A stretch of DNA of 64,000 nucleotides from an uncultured Clostridia bacterium. Its GTDB lineage: Bacteria; Bacillota; Clostridia; Christensenellales; UBA1242. The notes under the pieces were generated by a model, which did not search any database, was not told the origin of the DNA, and was given only the letters and a program-made list of their open reading frames with translations. The position numbers were made by a program, and so were the translations under genes. This document shows, piece by piece, positions 9,434 to 18,830 of the stretch; the stretch's first letter is position 1, and every line of letters starts with the position of its first letter. The DNA is taken from the NCBI GenBank assembly GCA_944383245.1, contig CALWOU010000001.1:30524-94523 (forward strand), in the 5' to 3' direction.

Positions 9434-9754
9434 TTAAATACAATCAACTGACACATTCAAAACTTCTTCAATGCTATGATTTTTTATGTAATAAACTACA
9501 TTTTTGCCCGTTCTATCCGCGTCCACGATATCTAGTGATTTCAAAATTTTAAGTTGGTGGCTAACAGTTGTTTGGTTTATATTTAACACATCCACTATGT
9601 CACTTACGCAAAGCGCTTTCATCGTTAGAAGAATTATGATTTTAAGCCGTGTTGCGTCGCTAAAAGCATAATAAAAATTAGATAAACTTCTAATATCGGC
9701 ACTGCTTGGCATAAATTTTTTTAATTTATATATATCTTCTAATTCAATATTCAT
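9434..9754 (-). CDS. ArsR/SmtB-family winged-helix transcriptional regulator
   Basis: FSDATRLKIIILL..LCVSDIVDVLNINQTTVSHQLKILKSLDIV..GKNVVYY. Only one Cys sits where ArsR has CVC. Confidence 0.85.
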   Translation of the reverse strand: MNIELEDIYKLKKFMPSSADIRSLSNFYYAFSDATRLKIIILLTMKALCVSDIVDVLNINQTTVSHQLKILKSLDIVDADRTGKNVVYYIKNHSIEEVLNVSVDCI

Positions 9755-9790
9755 ATTTTCATTTTAGCACAATACAAAATAATAGAAAAA

Positions 9791-9818
9791 TATTCACAAA
9801 ATCTAATTTTGACGAATA
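9791..9818. promoter_or_regulatory. Imperfect inverted repeat, candidate ArsR-family operator
   Basis: TATTCACAAAAT-cta-ATTTTGACGAATA. Half sites match 11 positions with one indel. It overlaps a TTGACG -35-like hexamer (9809..9814) facing the small plus-strand ORF. Confidence 0.45.
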
Positions 9819-9855
9819 AATAAGATAAACAAATTATTTTGTATAAGGAGGACGA

Positions 9856-10038
9856 ATGAACAATCCATTTTACATACTCTTTGCTATACTCATTGCTGTA
9901 ATTGCGCAAGCCACAAACACTAATCTTGCAAATAACACCTCAATTTTACTACTACTTCTTCTAGCTCTCGGCGCATACGGAAACAATAACAACAATAATA
10001 ACTGCTATGTGTTCGGTCAACAAAGAAGTTTCGTTTAA
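9856..10038 (+). CDS. Small membrane peptide with poly-Asn tract
   Basis: Strong SD AAGGAGG lies 4 nt (GACG + A, i.e. 9852..9855) upstream of the ATG. 60 aa with two hydrophobic segments, then GNNNNNNNCYVFGQQRSFV. Confidence 0.5.
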   Translation: MNNPFYILFAILIAVIAQATNTNLANNTSILLLLLLALGAYGNNNNNNNCYVFGQQRSFV

Positions 10039-10078
10039 AAAATAAGATATATAAACTTTAACTTTTTATATATCTTAT
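10037..10078 (-). terminator. Terminator hairpin after trpS (shared with the small plus-strand ORF)
   Basis: Perfect 14-bp stem ATAAGATATATAAA/TTTATATATCTTAT (10042..10055 / 10065..10078) followed by a U-run on the minus strand. Confidence 0.55.
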
Positions 10079-10083
10079 AGATG

Positions 10084-11079
10084 TTAAATTAACCCCATTG
10101 CATCTTTTGCTTTTCTTATAACTACTTTTGCAACCTTTTTTGCCTTTTTTGCACCCATTTCAGCAATTTCTATCAATTTTTTTGGATTTTTTATAAGTTC
10201 CAGATACTTTTCTCTTATTGGAGCTATGACATTAATAACGGCTTCAGTTGTGCGTTTTTTTAGTGCACCATAACCTGAACCTTTTAATTCGTTAATTACC
10301 TCTTCTATAGGTTTATTTTCACATGCTGAAATTATCGTTAATAAATTACTCACTCCTGGTTGATTTTTCTCATCATAAGCAATATTATTTAAACTATCAG
10401 TTACCGCCCTTTTAATCTTTCTAGTGATTTCTTCGTCACTATCTTTTAAATAAATTACGTTATTTGGATCATCTCCTGATTTACCCATTTTACTAGTTGG
10501 GTCTTGCAAGCCTTTAATACGTGCACCGACTGTCGGGATTACTGCTTTTGGTATAACAAATGTGTCTTTAAATTTATGATTGAAACGATTTGCTATATCA
10601 CGTGCTAATTCTACGTGTTGCACTTGGTCTTCCCCAACAGGTACAATGTTTGTGTTATACAATAAAATGTCCGCAGCCATCAAAATAGGATAGGTAAATA
10701 GAGCAGTTGTTATACCTTTTTCGCCCTTTGCTACATGATCCTTATACTGTGTCATTCTACTTGCTTCACCCATCATTGTATTACAATTTAACAACCAAGT
10801 GAGTTCAGTATGTTCACTAACCATTGACTGAATATAAACAGTTGCTTTTTCAGGGTTCAAACCGCAAGCTAAAAACATAGCAAATTGTTCAAGAGTGCGT
10901 TCTTTCACAAATTCTGCTTTTAAATCAATAGTGTGGGCATGCAAGTTGGCAATACAAAAATAACAATTATATTTATCCATTAAACCAATCCAGTTTTTAA
11001 TAGCACCCAAATAATTACCTATTGTTAAATTACCAGTTGGCTTTGTTGCACTATATAAAACTTGTTTTTTTGTTGCCAT
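10084..11079 (-). CDS. trpS: Tryptophan--tRNA ligase
   Basis: TGNLTIGNYLGA (HIGH-class region) and KMGKS motifs. Start trimmed to MATKKQ behind the SD TAGGAG. Confidence 0.93.
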   Translation of the reverse strand: MATKKQVLYSATKPTGNLTIGNYLGAIKNWIGLMDKYNCYFCIANLHAHTIDLKAEFVKERTLEQFAMFLACGLNPEKATVYIQSMVSEHTELTWLLNCNTMMGEASRMTQYKDHVAKGEKGITTALFTYPILMAADILLYNTNIVPVGEDQVQHVELARDIANRFNHKFKDTFVIPKAVIPTVGARIKGLQDPTSKMGKSGDDPNNVIYLKDSDEEITRKIKRAVTDSLNNIAYDEKNQPGVSNLLTIISACENKPIEEVINELKGSGYGALKKRTTEAVINVIAPIREKYLELIKNPKKLIEIAEMGAKKAKKVAKVVIRKAKDAMGLI

Positions 11080-11123
11080 ATAAAAAACTCCTATCAATAA
11101 TGTAATATTTTTAGATATTAAAT

Positions 11124-11153
11124 ATTATAAAAATAAATTAGATTATTTGTCAA
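11124..11153 (-). promoter_or_regulatory. Candidate trpS promoter TTGACA-18-TATAAT
   Basis: tgtcaa at 11148..11153 and attata at 11124..11129 on the plus strand. Leaves a leader of only about 40 nt. Confidence 0.5.
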
Positions 11154-11342
11154 GCAAACTAGGAGAATTAGATTTTAATCATTCGTACTTTTAATAACCT
11201 TACAAATTTAATTATTAAAAAACACAATTGAATTATTTTATCAATTGCGTTTTTAATTGATAGAAATGAGTGTCTATCAGTTATAACAATATCTTCTTCA
11301 CTTTTTTATAAACTGACCATTTTTTTCCTTAATTCTAGTATA

Positions 11343-11351
11343 CCCCCCCCC
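11343..11351. repeat. C9 homopolymer (G9 on the minus strand) in an AT-rich spacer
   Basis: tacccccccccttaac, read directly. Confidence 0.9.
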
Positions 11352-11503
11352 TTAACAAAAAAATCAAGTATTTTTCATTATATTTTTACAAATTTATAAT
11401 TTTTTTTAAAAATTATTACATTCATACAACTATGACTAACGTAAACCTTAATTATTCTTGTAAAAATATTTTTACATTTTATTATTTCAACAAAACTTTC
11501 CAC

Positions 11504-11533
11504 AAAAAAAATCTCGCGTGTGCGAGATTTTTT
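11504..11533 (-). terminator. Rho-independent terminator after tuf
   Basis: ATCTCGC-gtgt-GCGAGAT flanked by an A7 run and a T run. Sits directly after the tuf stop. Confidence 0.85.
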
Positions 11534-11541
11534 GTTGATTA

Positions 11542-12744
11542 TTAACCAATGATTTCAGATACAACACCTGAACCAACTGTTCTACCGCCTTCACGGATAG
11601 CGAATCTCATACCTTTTTCAATAGCGATTGGGTGAATAAGTTCGATTTCCATAGAAACGTTATCACCTGGCATAACCATTTCAACTCCTTGAGGAAGTTT
11701 GATTGAACCTGTGATGTCGCAAGTACGGCAGAAGAATTGAGGGCGATAACCATTGAAGAATGGAGTGTGACGTCCGCCTTCTTCTTTCTTCAAGCAGTAA
11801 ACTTCTGCTTTAAATTTAGTGTGTGGAGTGATTGTTCCTGGTTTAGCAAGAACTTGACCACGTTCGATTTCGCTACGTTGCAAACCACGGATTAAAAGAC
11901 CAGCATTATCACCTGAACGAGCTTCGTCTAGTGACTTTCTGAACATTTCAATACCTGTGATAACAACTTGACGAGTAGGCTTAATACCAACTAATTCAAG
12001 AGTATCGTTAAGTTTAACAACACCACGTTCTACTCTACCTGTTGCAACAGTTCCACGACCAGTGATTGTGAACACGTCTTCAACCGGCATTAAGAAAGGT
12101 TTATCTGTATCACGAACAGGATCTGGAATGTAAGCATCAACAGCTTCCATCAATTCGTTGATGCAAGCGCAAGCTGGATCATCAACTTTACCAGCAGATG
12201 CAGCCTCTAATGCTTTCAATGCAGAACCACGGATAATAGGAGTGTCATCGCCTGGGAAACCATAAGATGAAAGCAATTCTCTAATTTCCATCTCAACAAG
12301 GTCGATAAGGTCTGGGTCATCAACCAAATCGGTTTTATTTAAGAATACAACAATGTAAGGAACACCAACTTGACGAGCAAGCAAAATGTGTTCTTTAGTT
12401 TGAGGCATTGGACCATCAGTTGCAGCAACAACAAGGATAGCACCATCCATTTGAGCAGCACCAGTGATCATGTTTTTAACGTAGTCTGCGTGTCCTGGGC
12501 AGTCTACGTGTGCGTAGTGACGTTTTGCAGTTTCATATTCTACGTGTGAAGTGTTAATTGTGATACCACGTGCTTTCTCTTCTGGGCTCTTATCGATTTC
12601 GTCATATCTCATTTTTTGAGCTTGACCTTTAGCAGCAAGAACCATAGTGATAGCAGCAGTTAAAGTTGTTTTACCGTGGTCAACGTGACCAATAGTACCA
12701 ATATTAACATGTGGTTTAATTCTTTCAAATTTAGCTTTTGCCAT
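11542..12744 (-). CDS. tuf: Elongation factor Tu
   Basis: [18 protein letters not shown] and NKTD motifs. 400 aa. Confidence 0.98.
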   Translation of the reverse strand: MAKAKFERIKPHVNIGTIGHVDHGKTTLTAAITMVLAAKGQAQKMRYDEIDKSPEEKARGITINTSHVEYETAKRHYAHVDCPGHADYVKNMITGAAQMDGAILVVAATDGPMPQTKEHILLARQVGVPYIVVFLNKTDLVDDPDLIDLVEMEIRELLSSYGFPGDDTPIIRGSALKALEAASAGKVDDPACACINELMEAVDAYIPDPVRDTDKPFLMPVEDVFTITGRGTVATGRVERGVVKLNDTLELVGIKPTRQVVITGIEMFRKSLDEARSGDNAGLLIRGLQRSEIERGQVLAKPGTITPHTKFKAEVYCLKKEEGGRHTPFFNGYRPQFFCRTCDITGSIKLPQGVEMVMPGDNVSMEIELIHPIAIEKGMRFAIREGGRTVGSGVVSEIIG

Positions 12745-12778
12745 ATTTTCATTTCTCCTTTATTATTAATACCTTATT

Positions 12779-12808
12779 ATTTTACTTTATATTTTACAAT
12801 TAAGTCAA
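12779..12808 (-). promoter_or_regulatory. Candidate internal tuf promoter TTGACT-18-TAAAAT
   Basis: Lies in the 116-bp fusA-tuf spacer. agtcaa at 12803..12808 and atttta at 12779..12784 on the plus strand. Confidence 0.45.
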
Positions 12809-12860
12809 GCAAATTATAATATGTTTTTTTAAAATTTTTCTTAACTTAACCTTATTTTTA

Positions 12861-14948
12861 TTAGTTGTTACCTTCTAATTTCTTTCTATCGCCAATAATT
12901 TTATCTGCGATATTCTTTGGGCATTCAGCATAGTGGTCAGGAACCATAGTGAATTGTCCCCTTCCTTGAGTTGAACCACGAAGGTCAGTTGAATAACCGA
13001 ACATTTCAGAAAGTGGAACTTCTGCGTGAATCACTTGACCGCCGAATTTTGCCTCAGTGCCTGTAAGCACACCACGGCGAGAAGTAAGTCCACCCATAAC
13101 AGCGCCAAGATATTCGTCTGGCACGTTAACTTCAACCTTCATAATAGGTTCAAGTAGCACAGGGTCGGCCTTTTTCATAGCCTCTTTAAATGCAAGTGAA
13201 CCTGCAATCTTAAATGCCATTTCGCTTGAATCGACATCGTGGAATGAGCCATCATAAACTGTAACTTTAAAGTCAACAGTTTCATAACCTGCTAACACAC
13301 CTGAACGTTTTGCCTCTTGAATACCGGCATCAATTGGTGGAATAAATTCTTTAGGAATAGCACCACCAACGACAGTGCTTTCAAAGATATAACCTTTATC
13401 TCTTTCAAGCGGTTCCATTTTGATTTTACAGTGACCATATTGACCACGACCACCTGATTGTTTGATATACTTACCTTCTGCTTCAACTGCTTTGCGAATT
13501 GTTTCTTTATATGCAACTTGAGGTTTACCAACTGTAACCTCAACGTTAAATTCACGTTTCATTCTATCAACTAGAATATCAAGGTGCAATTCGCCCATAC
13601 CGGCTATGATTGTTTGACCGGTTTGTTGATCAGTGTATGCCTTAAATGTTGGGTCTTCTTCCATAAGTTTTTGAAGAGCAATGGCAAGTTTTTCTTGCGC
13701 TTGCTTATCTTTTGGCTCGATTGCTTGTTGAATAACAGGTTGCATAAACTCCATTTCTTCTAATTTGATTGGATGATTTTCGTCGCAAAGAGTGTCGCCT
13801 GTTCCTGTGTTTTTAAGACCAACTACCGCACAAATATCTCCTGATAAAACTTCGTCAATATCAGTTCTGTGATTTGCGTGCATATGAAGCAAACGTCCAA
13901 CACGTTCTTTTTTATCCTTGTTTGCGTTTAAAACGTAACTACCAGCAGACAATTTACCGCTATAAACACGAATAAATGTGATACGACCAACATAAGGGTC
14001 AGTGGCAATTTTGAATGCAAGGGCTGCGAATGGTTCGTTGTCATCATTATTACGTTCTACTACCTCGCCGTCCAATTTAGTTCCTTTAATAGGTGGAACA
14101 TCGATTGGGCTTGGCATATAGTCAACAATAGCATCAAGCAATTCTTGAATACCTTTGTTTCTTGCAGCAGTTCCACAAAGCACAGGGAACATTTTTAACG
14201 AACAAGTTGCCTTTCTAATGCCCTTTTTCAATTCGTCGTTTGTGATTTCTTCACCTGCAAAGAACTTTTCAAGCAATTCGTCGTCAGTTTCAGCAACTGC
14301 TTCAACCATTTTTTGCCTATATTCTTTTGCTTGTTCTACCATATCCGCTGGAATTTCTTCTTCTCTAACGTCTTTTCCAAGGTCATCATAGAAAACGTAT
14401 GCTTTCATTTTAATAAGGTCAATAATTCCCCTAAATGATGCCTCTTGACCAATTGGTAATTGAAGAGGAACAGCATTTGCACCAAGGTTATTTCTAATAC
14501 TTTCAACAGCCTTTAAGAAGTTTGCATCGTTGATATCCATTTTATTGATAAAGCACATTCTTGGAACGTTGAATTTAGATGCTTGGCGCCAAACGTTTTC
14601 GCTCTGCGCTTGTACACCATTACGCGCGCTAAACAATGCAACAGCACCATCCAAAACCTTTAATGAACGTTCAACTTCAACTGTGAAGTCAACGTGCCCT
14701 GGAGTGTCGATAATGTTGATTGTGCAGTCTTGCCATTGACAAGTAGTACAAGCAGATGTGATTGTAATACCACGTTCTTGTTCTTGCGCCATCCAGTCCA
14801 TAGTTGCTTCACCATCGTGCACTTCGCCGATTTTGTGGTTTACACCTGTGTAGAACAAAATACGTTCAGTTGTTGTTGTTTTACCGGTATCGATGTGCGC
14901 CATAATACCAATATTTCTAATTTTTTCTAATGGTACAGTTCTAGCCAT
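12861..14948 (-). CDS. fusA: Elongation factor G
   Basis: [12 protein letters not shown] and DTPGHVDF motifs. 695 aa. Confidence 0.98.
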   Translation of the reverse strand: MARTVPLEKIRNIGIMAHIDTGKTTTTERILFYTGVNHKIGEVHDGEATMDWMAQEQERGITITSACTTCQWQDCTINIIDTPGHVDFTVEVERSLKVLDGAVALFSARNGVQAQSENVWRQASKFNVPRMCFINKMDINDANFLKAVESIRNNLGANAVPLQLPIGQEASFRGIIDLIKMKAYVFYDDLGKDVREEEIPADMVEQAKEYRQKMVEAVAETDDELLEKFFAGEEITNDELKKGIRKATCSLKMFPVLCGTAARNKGIQELLDAIVDYMPSPIDVPPIKGTKLDGEVVERNNDDNEPFAALAFKIATDPYVGRITFIRVYSGKLSAGSYVLNANKDKKERVGRLLHMHANHRTDIDEVLSGDICAVVGLKNTGTGDTLCDENHPIKLEEMEFMQPVIQQAIEPKDKQAQEKLAIALQKLMEEDPTFKAYTDQQTGQTIIAGMGELHLDILVDRMKREFNVEVTVGKPQVAYKETIRKAVEAEGKYIKQSGGRGQYGHCKIKMEPLERDKGYIFESTVVGGAIPKEFIPPIDAGIQEAKRSGVLAGYETVDFKVTVYDGSFHDVDSSEMAFKIAGSLAFKEAMKKADPVLLEPIMKVEVNVPDEYLGAVMGGLTSRRGVLTGTEAKFGGQVIHAEVPLSEMFGYSTDLRGSTQGRGQFTMVPDHYAECPKNIADKIIGDRKKLEGNN

Positions 14949-14963
14949 TTAATCCCCCTTATA

Positions 14964-15434
14964 TTACCAACGAAAGTGAGCAAATGCCTTGTTAGCCTCT
15001 GCTTGCCTATGCATATCATCGCGCTTTTTAATTGCACCACCTGTTTGGTTGAATGCATCCACAATTTCAGCGCCAAGACGTGCTTGCATTCCGCGTTCAT
15101 TGCGTTTTCTAGCACACATAACTAGCCAACGAATTGCTAGTGTTTGTTGCCTATCTGCGCTAACTTCTAGTGGAACTTGATAGTTCGCACCACCAACGCG
15201 CCTTGCCTTTGTTTCCAACTTTGGTTTGATATTTTCGATTGCTGTGGTTAGCACGTTCATTGCGTCATCGTTTAACTTTTCGCTAGCATTTTTCATTGCG
15301 CTATAAACGATAGATTGAGCAATACCCTTCTTGCCATCCTTCATAACTTGATTGATAATTTTTGTAACCAATGTTGAGTTGTAAAGTGGGTCTGGCAATA
15401 CCTCGCGCTTAACCGCTCTATTTCTTCTAGACAT
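14964..15434 (-). CDS. rpsG: 30S ribosomal protein S7
   Basis: [27 protein letters not shown]. Confidence 0.97.
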   Translation of the reverse strand: MSRRNRAVKREVLPDPLYNSTLVTKIINQVMKDGKKGIAQSIVYSAMKNASEKLNDDAMNVLTTAIENIKPKLETKARRVGGANYQVPLEVSADRQQTLAIRWLVMCARKRNERGMQARLGAEIVDAFNQTGGAIKKRDDMHRQAEANKAFAHFRW

Positions 15435-15656
15435 ATTTTCTCCTTATATATTTATTACTTAAATTAAAATTTTGAAACTATAAAATAAATTTTTTATATT
15501 TAACTTCTAATCTTCGACTCATTTTCAGTTATTATACCTTAATTTAGACTCACGAATTTTTATAGTAATCTTAAAAAATGTACCAACTAAGATATATTAA
15601 TAGTCCTATTCAGGAAAATGAGTAATGAGAGAAAACCAAGGCTCACTCTCATATAA

Positions 15657-15725
15657 AAGCGGGACAACACCTGTAAACTGAGTTTTGCCTAGGCAAAACG
15701 ATGATAGAAGGTGATTGAACCGCTT
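15657..15725 (-). promoter_or_regulatory. Three-tier stem-loop immediately after the rpsL stop (terminator/attenuator or r-protein operator candidate)
   Basis: On the minus-strand RNA, AAGCGG pairs with CCGCUU (6 bp). CAAUCACCU pairs with AGGUGUUG (8 bp, one bulge). The apical 18-nt perfect palindrome is GUUUUGCCUAGGCAAAAC (15682..15699). UUAUAU follows the structure. Confidence 0.5.
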
Positions 15726-15728
15726 GGA

Positions 15729-16100
15729 TTATTTTGGTCGTTTTGCGCCATATTTACTTCTACCTTGCTTACGTTTTTGCACAGCAGCAGTATCTAGCGC
15801 GCCACGAACAACGTGATATCTAACACCTGGTAGGTCAGGAACACGACCGCCTCTAACAAGCACTACGTTGTGTTCTTGCAAGTTGTGACCTTCACCTGGG
15901 ATGTAGCAAGTAGTTTCTTTACCCGTTGAAAGACGAACTCTACAAATTTTACGTAAAGCTGAGTTAGGTTTTTTAGGTGTGGTGGTGGTAACAGTTAAGC
16001 AAACTCCACGTTTTTGTGGGCAAGAATCAAGCAAAATAGATTGGCTTTTATCAACTTGTTTAACTCTACCTCTTCTCACTAATTGATTGACTGTAGGCAT
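15729..16100 (-). CDS. rpsL: 30S ribosomal protein S12
   Basis: [22 protein letters not shown]. Confidence 0.98.
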   Translation of the reverse strand: MPTVNQLVRRGRVKQVDKSQSILLDSCPQKRGVCLTVTTTTPKKPNSALRKICRVRLSTGKETTCYIPGEGHNLQEHNVVLVRGGRVPDLPGVRYHVVRGALDTAAVQKRKQGRSKYGAKRPK

Positions 16101-16187
16101 TTAATCCTCCTTATAAATTTTAAATTGCAACCTCTTTTTGGGTTTCCCCAAGTATAGACAAAGCAGCATTTTGTACAATACTGATTA

Positions 16188-16216
16188 ATTATAACAAAAC
16201 ACAATCAAATTGTCAA
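16188..16216 (-). promoter_or_regulatory. Consensus SigA-type promoter of rpsL: TTGACA-17-TATAAT
   Basis: tgtcaa at 16211..16216 and attata at 16188..16193 on the plus strand, with an exact 17-nt spacer. Confidence 0.75.
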
Positions 16217-16384
16217 TGGATTATGAAAATTTAATTAAGATTTTTTTGTATATTTTAGTGTAAACTATGTTCAACACTAAATTTTTATAAAAAGATGAAA
16301 AAATGTGTTAAAATCGTTATGAATAATCTAAGAAAATTGATAAAATGTTAACATAAAATATTTACTTTTTATGAGGAGTAAAAT

Positions 16385-16603
16385 ATGAAGAATTCAGAAG
16401 ACAAAGCAAGGAAATGTATATATCGCGTTGCTTATGACAAAGAAAATAGAAAGTGGCTTATTAAAAAGGACGGAGCAAAACGTACAATAGATTCATATCA
16501 CACAAAAGAAGAGGCAATGGAAAGAGTTAAAGAATTGTGTGAAAAGTATGATCTCAATTACGTTGTGCATAAAAAAGACGGCAAATTTCAAAAGAAAAAA
16601 TAA
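16385..16603 (+). CDS. DUF2188-like small protein
   Basis: YRVAYDKENRKWLIKKDGAKRTIDSYHTKEEAMERVKEL..VVHKKDGKFQ fits the pattern of the small conserved DUF2188 family. SD GAGGAG. Confidence 0.6.
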   Translation: MKNSEDKARKCIYRVAYDKENRKWLIKKDGAKRTIDSYHTKEEAMERVKELCEKYDLNYVVHKKDGKFQKKK

Positions 16604-16618
16604 ACAATATAAAGTCTT

Positions 16619-16644
16619 AAAAAACTCTCACGTGAGAGTTTTTT
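16619..16644 (+). terminator. Rho-independent terminator after the DUF2188 gene
   Basis: AAAACTCTC-acgt-GAGAGTTTT followed by a T-run. Confidence 0.75.
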
Positions 16645-16648
16645 GCAC

Positions 16649-16683
16649 AAAAAAGACCAAAGTTTTAAACTAAATTTGGTCTT
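16649..16683 (-). terminator. Rho-independent terminator after rplQ (end of the alpha operon)
   Basis: AAGACCAAA/TTTGGTCTT stem followed by U6 on the minus strand. Confidence 0.7.
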
Positions 16684-16700
16684 TTTGTTTTATATAAAAA

Positions 16701-17210
16701 TTAAACCAACTCAATGATTGCCATTTGAGCATTATCGCCTTTACGTAGACCTGTTTTGATTATTCTAGTGTATCCACCAAAAGAACCTAATTCTTTAGCG
16801 CGCGCCGCATACTTTGGAGCAAGCACGTTGAAGATTTTTTCCAAAAGTGGATTTTTAATTTTTTCAGTTCTAGCGATATAATCTGATTTTTTCTCACCTG
16901 GTCTGCGCTCTTCTTTAACTGAATATGTTTTAGCCATAATCTTTCTTCTAGCAGCAAGTTTCTTTGGTCCGTCGTTCATAACTTCACGAGCAACCTTTTC
17001 ACCCTTTTTATTTACTGAATATTTGGTTACAGTTATAACATCTTCGTAAGAATTTATAGCAAGAGTTAAAAGTTTTTCAACATAACTTTTAAGAGATTTA
17101 GCCCTAGCGAGAGTTGTTTCAATTCTACCTTTCCAAAGAAGGTCAGTTGCTTGATTGCGCATTATTGCCAACCTTTCTTCGGTAGGACGTCCTAATTGTT
17201 TCACTTGCAT
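16701..17210 (-). CDS. rplQ: 50S ribosomal protein L17 (long form with central insertion)
   Basis: N- and C-terminal L17 blocks (LGRP..RNQATDLL..RIETT..AK and GGYTRIIK..RKGDNAQMAIIELV) are separated by about 50 extra residues. Confidence 0.9.
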   Translation of the reverse strand: MQVKQLGRPTEERLAIMRNQATDLLWKGRIETTLARAKSLKSYVEKLLTLAINSYEDVITVTKYSVNKKGEKVAREVMNDGPKKLAARRKIMAKTYSVKEERRPGEKKSDYIARTEKIKNPLLEKIFNVLAPKYAARAKELGSFGGYTRIIKTGLRKGDNAQMAIIELV

Positions 17211-17233
17211 ATTTTTCTCCTTAAATTTTAATT

Positions 17234-18190
17234 TTAGTAATTATCGTTTCCTTCAAGAGTTATACCATAAGATTCTAGTTTAGCAATAACTTCTTCCATA
17301 GATTTAGCACCCATATTGCGCACTTTCATCATTTCTGCGCGACTCTTTTTAGCAAGGTCGCCAACAGTTTCGATACCAGCACGTTTCAAGCAGTTATAAC
17401 TTCTTACGCTAAGTTCCATTTCTTCGATAGGTTTTTCGAATAATTTGGTTCTTTCATCTTCTTTTCTTGCAACTAAGATGTTAACGCCGTCCATACCCTC
17501 AACAAGTTCAACGAACATTGTTGCGTAGTCGTTAATAAGTTTTGCAGAAAGTGCGATAACTTCTTTTGCAGTTACAGTTCCACGAGTTTGAACATCTAGC
17601 ACCAATTTATCGAAATCAAGGTTTCTACCAACACGGCTAGATTGCACCTCAAAACTAACGCGTTTCACAGGGGTGAACAATGCGTCGATTGCAATAAAGT
17701 CCACTTCATCTGAGAAATTTTTGTTTTGACTAGCTGGAACATAACCTCTTCCACGACCTACATACATTGTGATATCAAGGTCTGCGTCATCATCTATTGT
17801 GCAAATGTATTGATCTGGGTTCATAATAGTGATTCCATCTTCACATACAATATCTTTAGCATAAATTGTTGCAGGGCCTTTCTTATTTAATGTGATTACG
17901 CCTTTAAAATCTTCATCTGTTGACTCAGTTTTAACAGCAACAGTTTTTAAATTTAAGATAATGTCTGGCACGTCCTCAGTTATACCTTTAATAGTTGAAA
18001 ATTCGTGCAAAACACCTTTAATTTTAACGCCAACTATAGCTGCTCCTGGAAGCGAACTCAAAAGTGTTCTACGTAGCATATTTCCGATAGTAACACCAAA
18101 ACCTTTTTCCAAAGGTTCAACTGTTACAACTGCGTGTGCTCCATTATCTAGTTCTTCCAAAGATATTTTTGGTTTTTCGATTTTCATCAT
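17234..18190 (-). CDS. rpoA: DNA-directed RNA polymerase subunit alpha
   Basis: LEKGFGVTIGNMLRR and the C-terminal domain ELSVRSYNCLKRAGI. Start is probably the ATGATG behind the SD GGAGAG; the track start 18205 is less likely. Confidence 0.95.
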   Translation of the reverse strand: MMKIEKPKISLEELDNGAHAVVTVEPLEKGFGVTIGNMLRRTLLSSLPGAAIVGVKIKGVLHEFSTIKGITEDVPDIILNLKTVAVKTESTDEDFKGVITLNKKGPATIYAKDIVCEDGITIMNPDQYICTIDDDADLDITMYVGRGRGYVPASQNKNFSDEVDFIAIDALFTPVKRVSFEVQSSRVGRNLDFDKLVLDVQTRGTVTAKEVIALSAKLINDYATMFVELVEGMDGVNILVARKEDERTKLFEKPIEEMELSVRSYNCLKRAGIETVGDLAKKSRAEMMKVRNMGAKSMEEVIAKLESYGITLEGNDNY

Positions 18191-18204
18191 AATTTTCTCT
18201 CCCA

Positions 18205-18822
18205 TTATCTTGAATAATATTCTACAATTAAGTGCTCTTGAATGTTAAGGTCAATATCATCTCTTTCTGGCAATGCCAACACTTTACCTGTTAGAGTTTC
18301 AGTGTTCATTTCTAACCATTTTGGAGTGCTAATTTTTGCACCTTTTATAACGTTAAACATTTCAAGATTTTGTTTATTTTCCTTAACTGCAATCACGTCA
18401 CCAACTTTAACTTGATAAGAAGGAATATTAACCTTTTTACCGTTAACTGTGATATGACCGTGGTTCACAATTTGCCTTGACTCTGTTCTAGAAGAGCCTA
18501 AACCTAGGCGATAAACCACATTATCCAATCTTAGTTCAAGCATTTTAAGAAGTGCCCAACCTGTTGATTCTTTACTCTTAGTTGCTTTTTCGTAATATAA
18601 TCTAAATTGTTTTTCAAGTAAGCCGTAAGCGCGTCTAACTTTTTGTTTTTCTCTAAGTTGCATTCCATACTCGCTAACTTTCTTACGAGTGTTAGTGTGT
18701 GGACCTGGCGCAACCGGACGTTTATCAAACGAACATTTTGTTAAGCATCTTTCACCTTTTAAGAAAAGTTTAACACCTTCTCTACGGCATTGCTTACAAT
18801 CTGGACTTGTATTTTTTGCCAT
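18205..18822 (-). CDS. rpsD: 30S ribosomal protein S4 (Cys-containing N-terminus)
   Basis: CKQCRREG..CLTKC, then the S4 domain LDNVVYRLGL. Confidence 0.96.
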   Translation of the reverse strand: MAKNTSPDCKQCRREGVKLFLKGERCLTKCSFDKRPVAPGPHTNTRKKVSEYGMQLREKQKVRRAYGLLEKQFRLYYEKATKSKESTGWALLKMLELRLDNVVYRLGLGSSRTESRQIVNHGHITVNGKKVNIPSYQVKVGDVIAVKENKQNLEMFNVIKGAKISTPKWLEMNTETLTGKVLALPERDDIDLNIQEHLIVEYYSR

Positions 18823-18830
18823 ATTTCCTC

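Noticed and set aside
11098-11541. T-box riboswitch upstream of trpS
   Set aside because: No T-box consensus, specifier-loop context or terminator/antiterminator pair was seen by eye. A good promoter sits about 40 nt from the start. A covariance-model search is still needed to be certain.
11433-11546. 37-codon plus-strand ORF (MTNVNLNYSCKN..) in the tuf-trpS spacer
   Set aside because: It has no SD, it runs through the tuf terminator hairpin, and its composition is the same as the surrounding AT-rich sequence.
15531-15536. Internal promoter for rpsG-fusA based on an isolated TATAAT
   Set aside because: There is no acceptable -35 or TG extension at the right spacing. It is kept only as a remark inside the rpsL-rpsG spacer finding.
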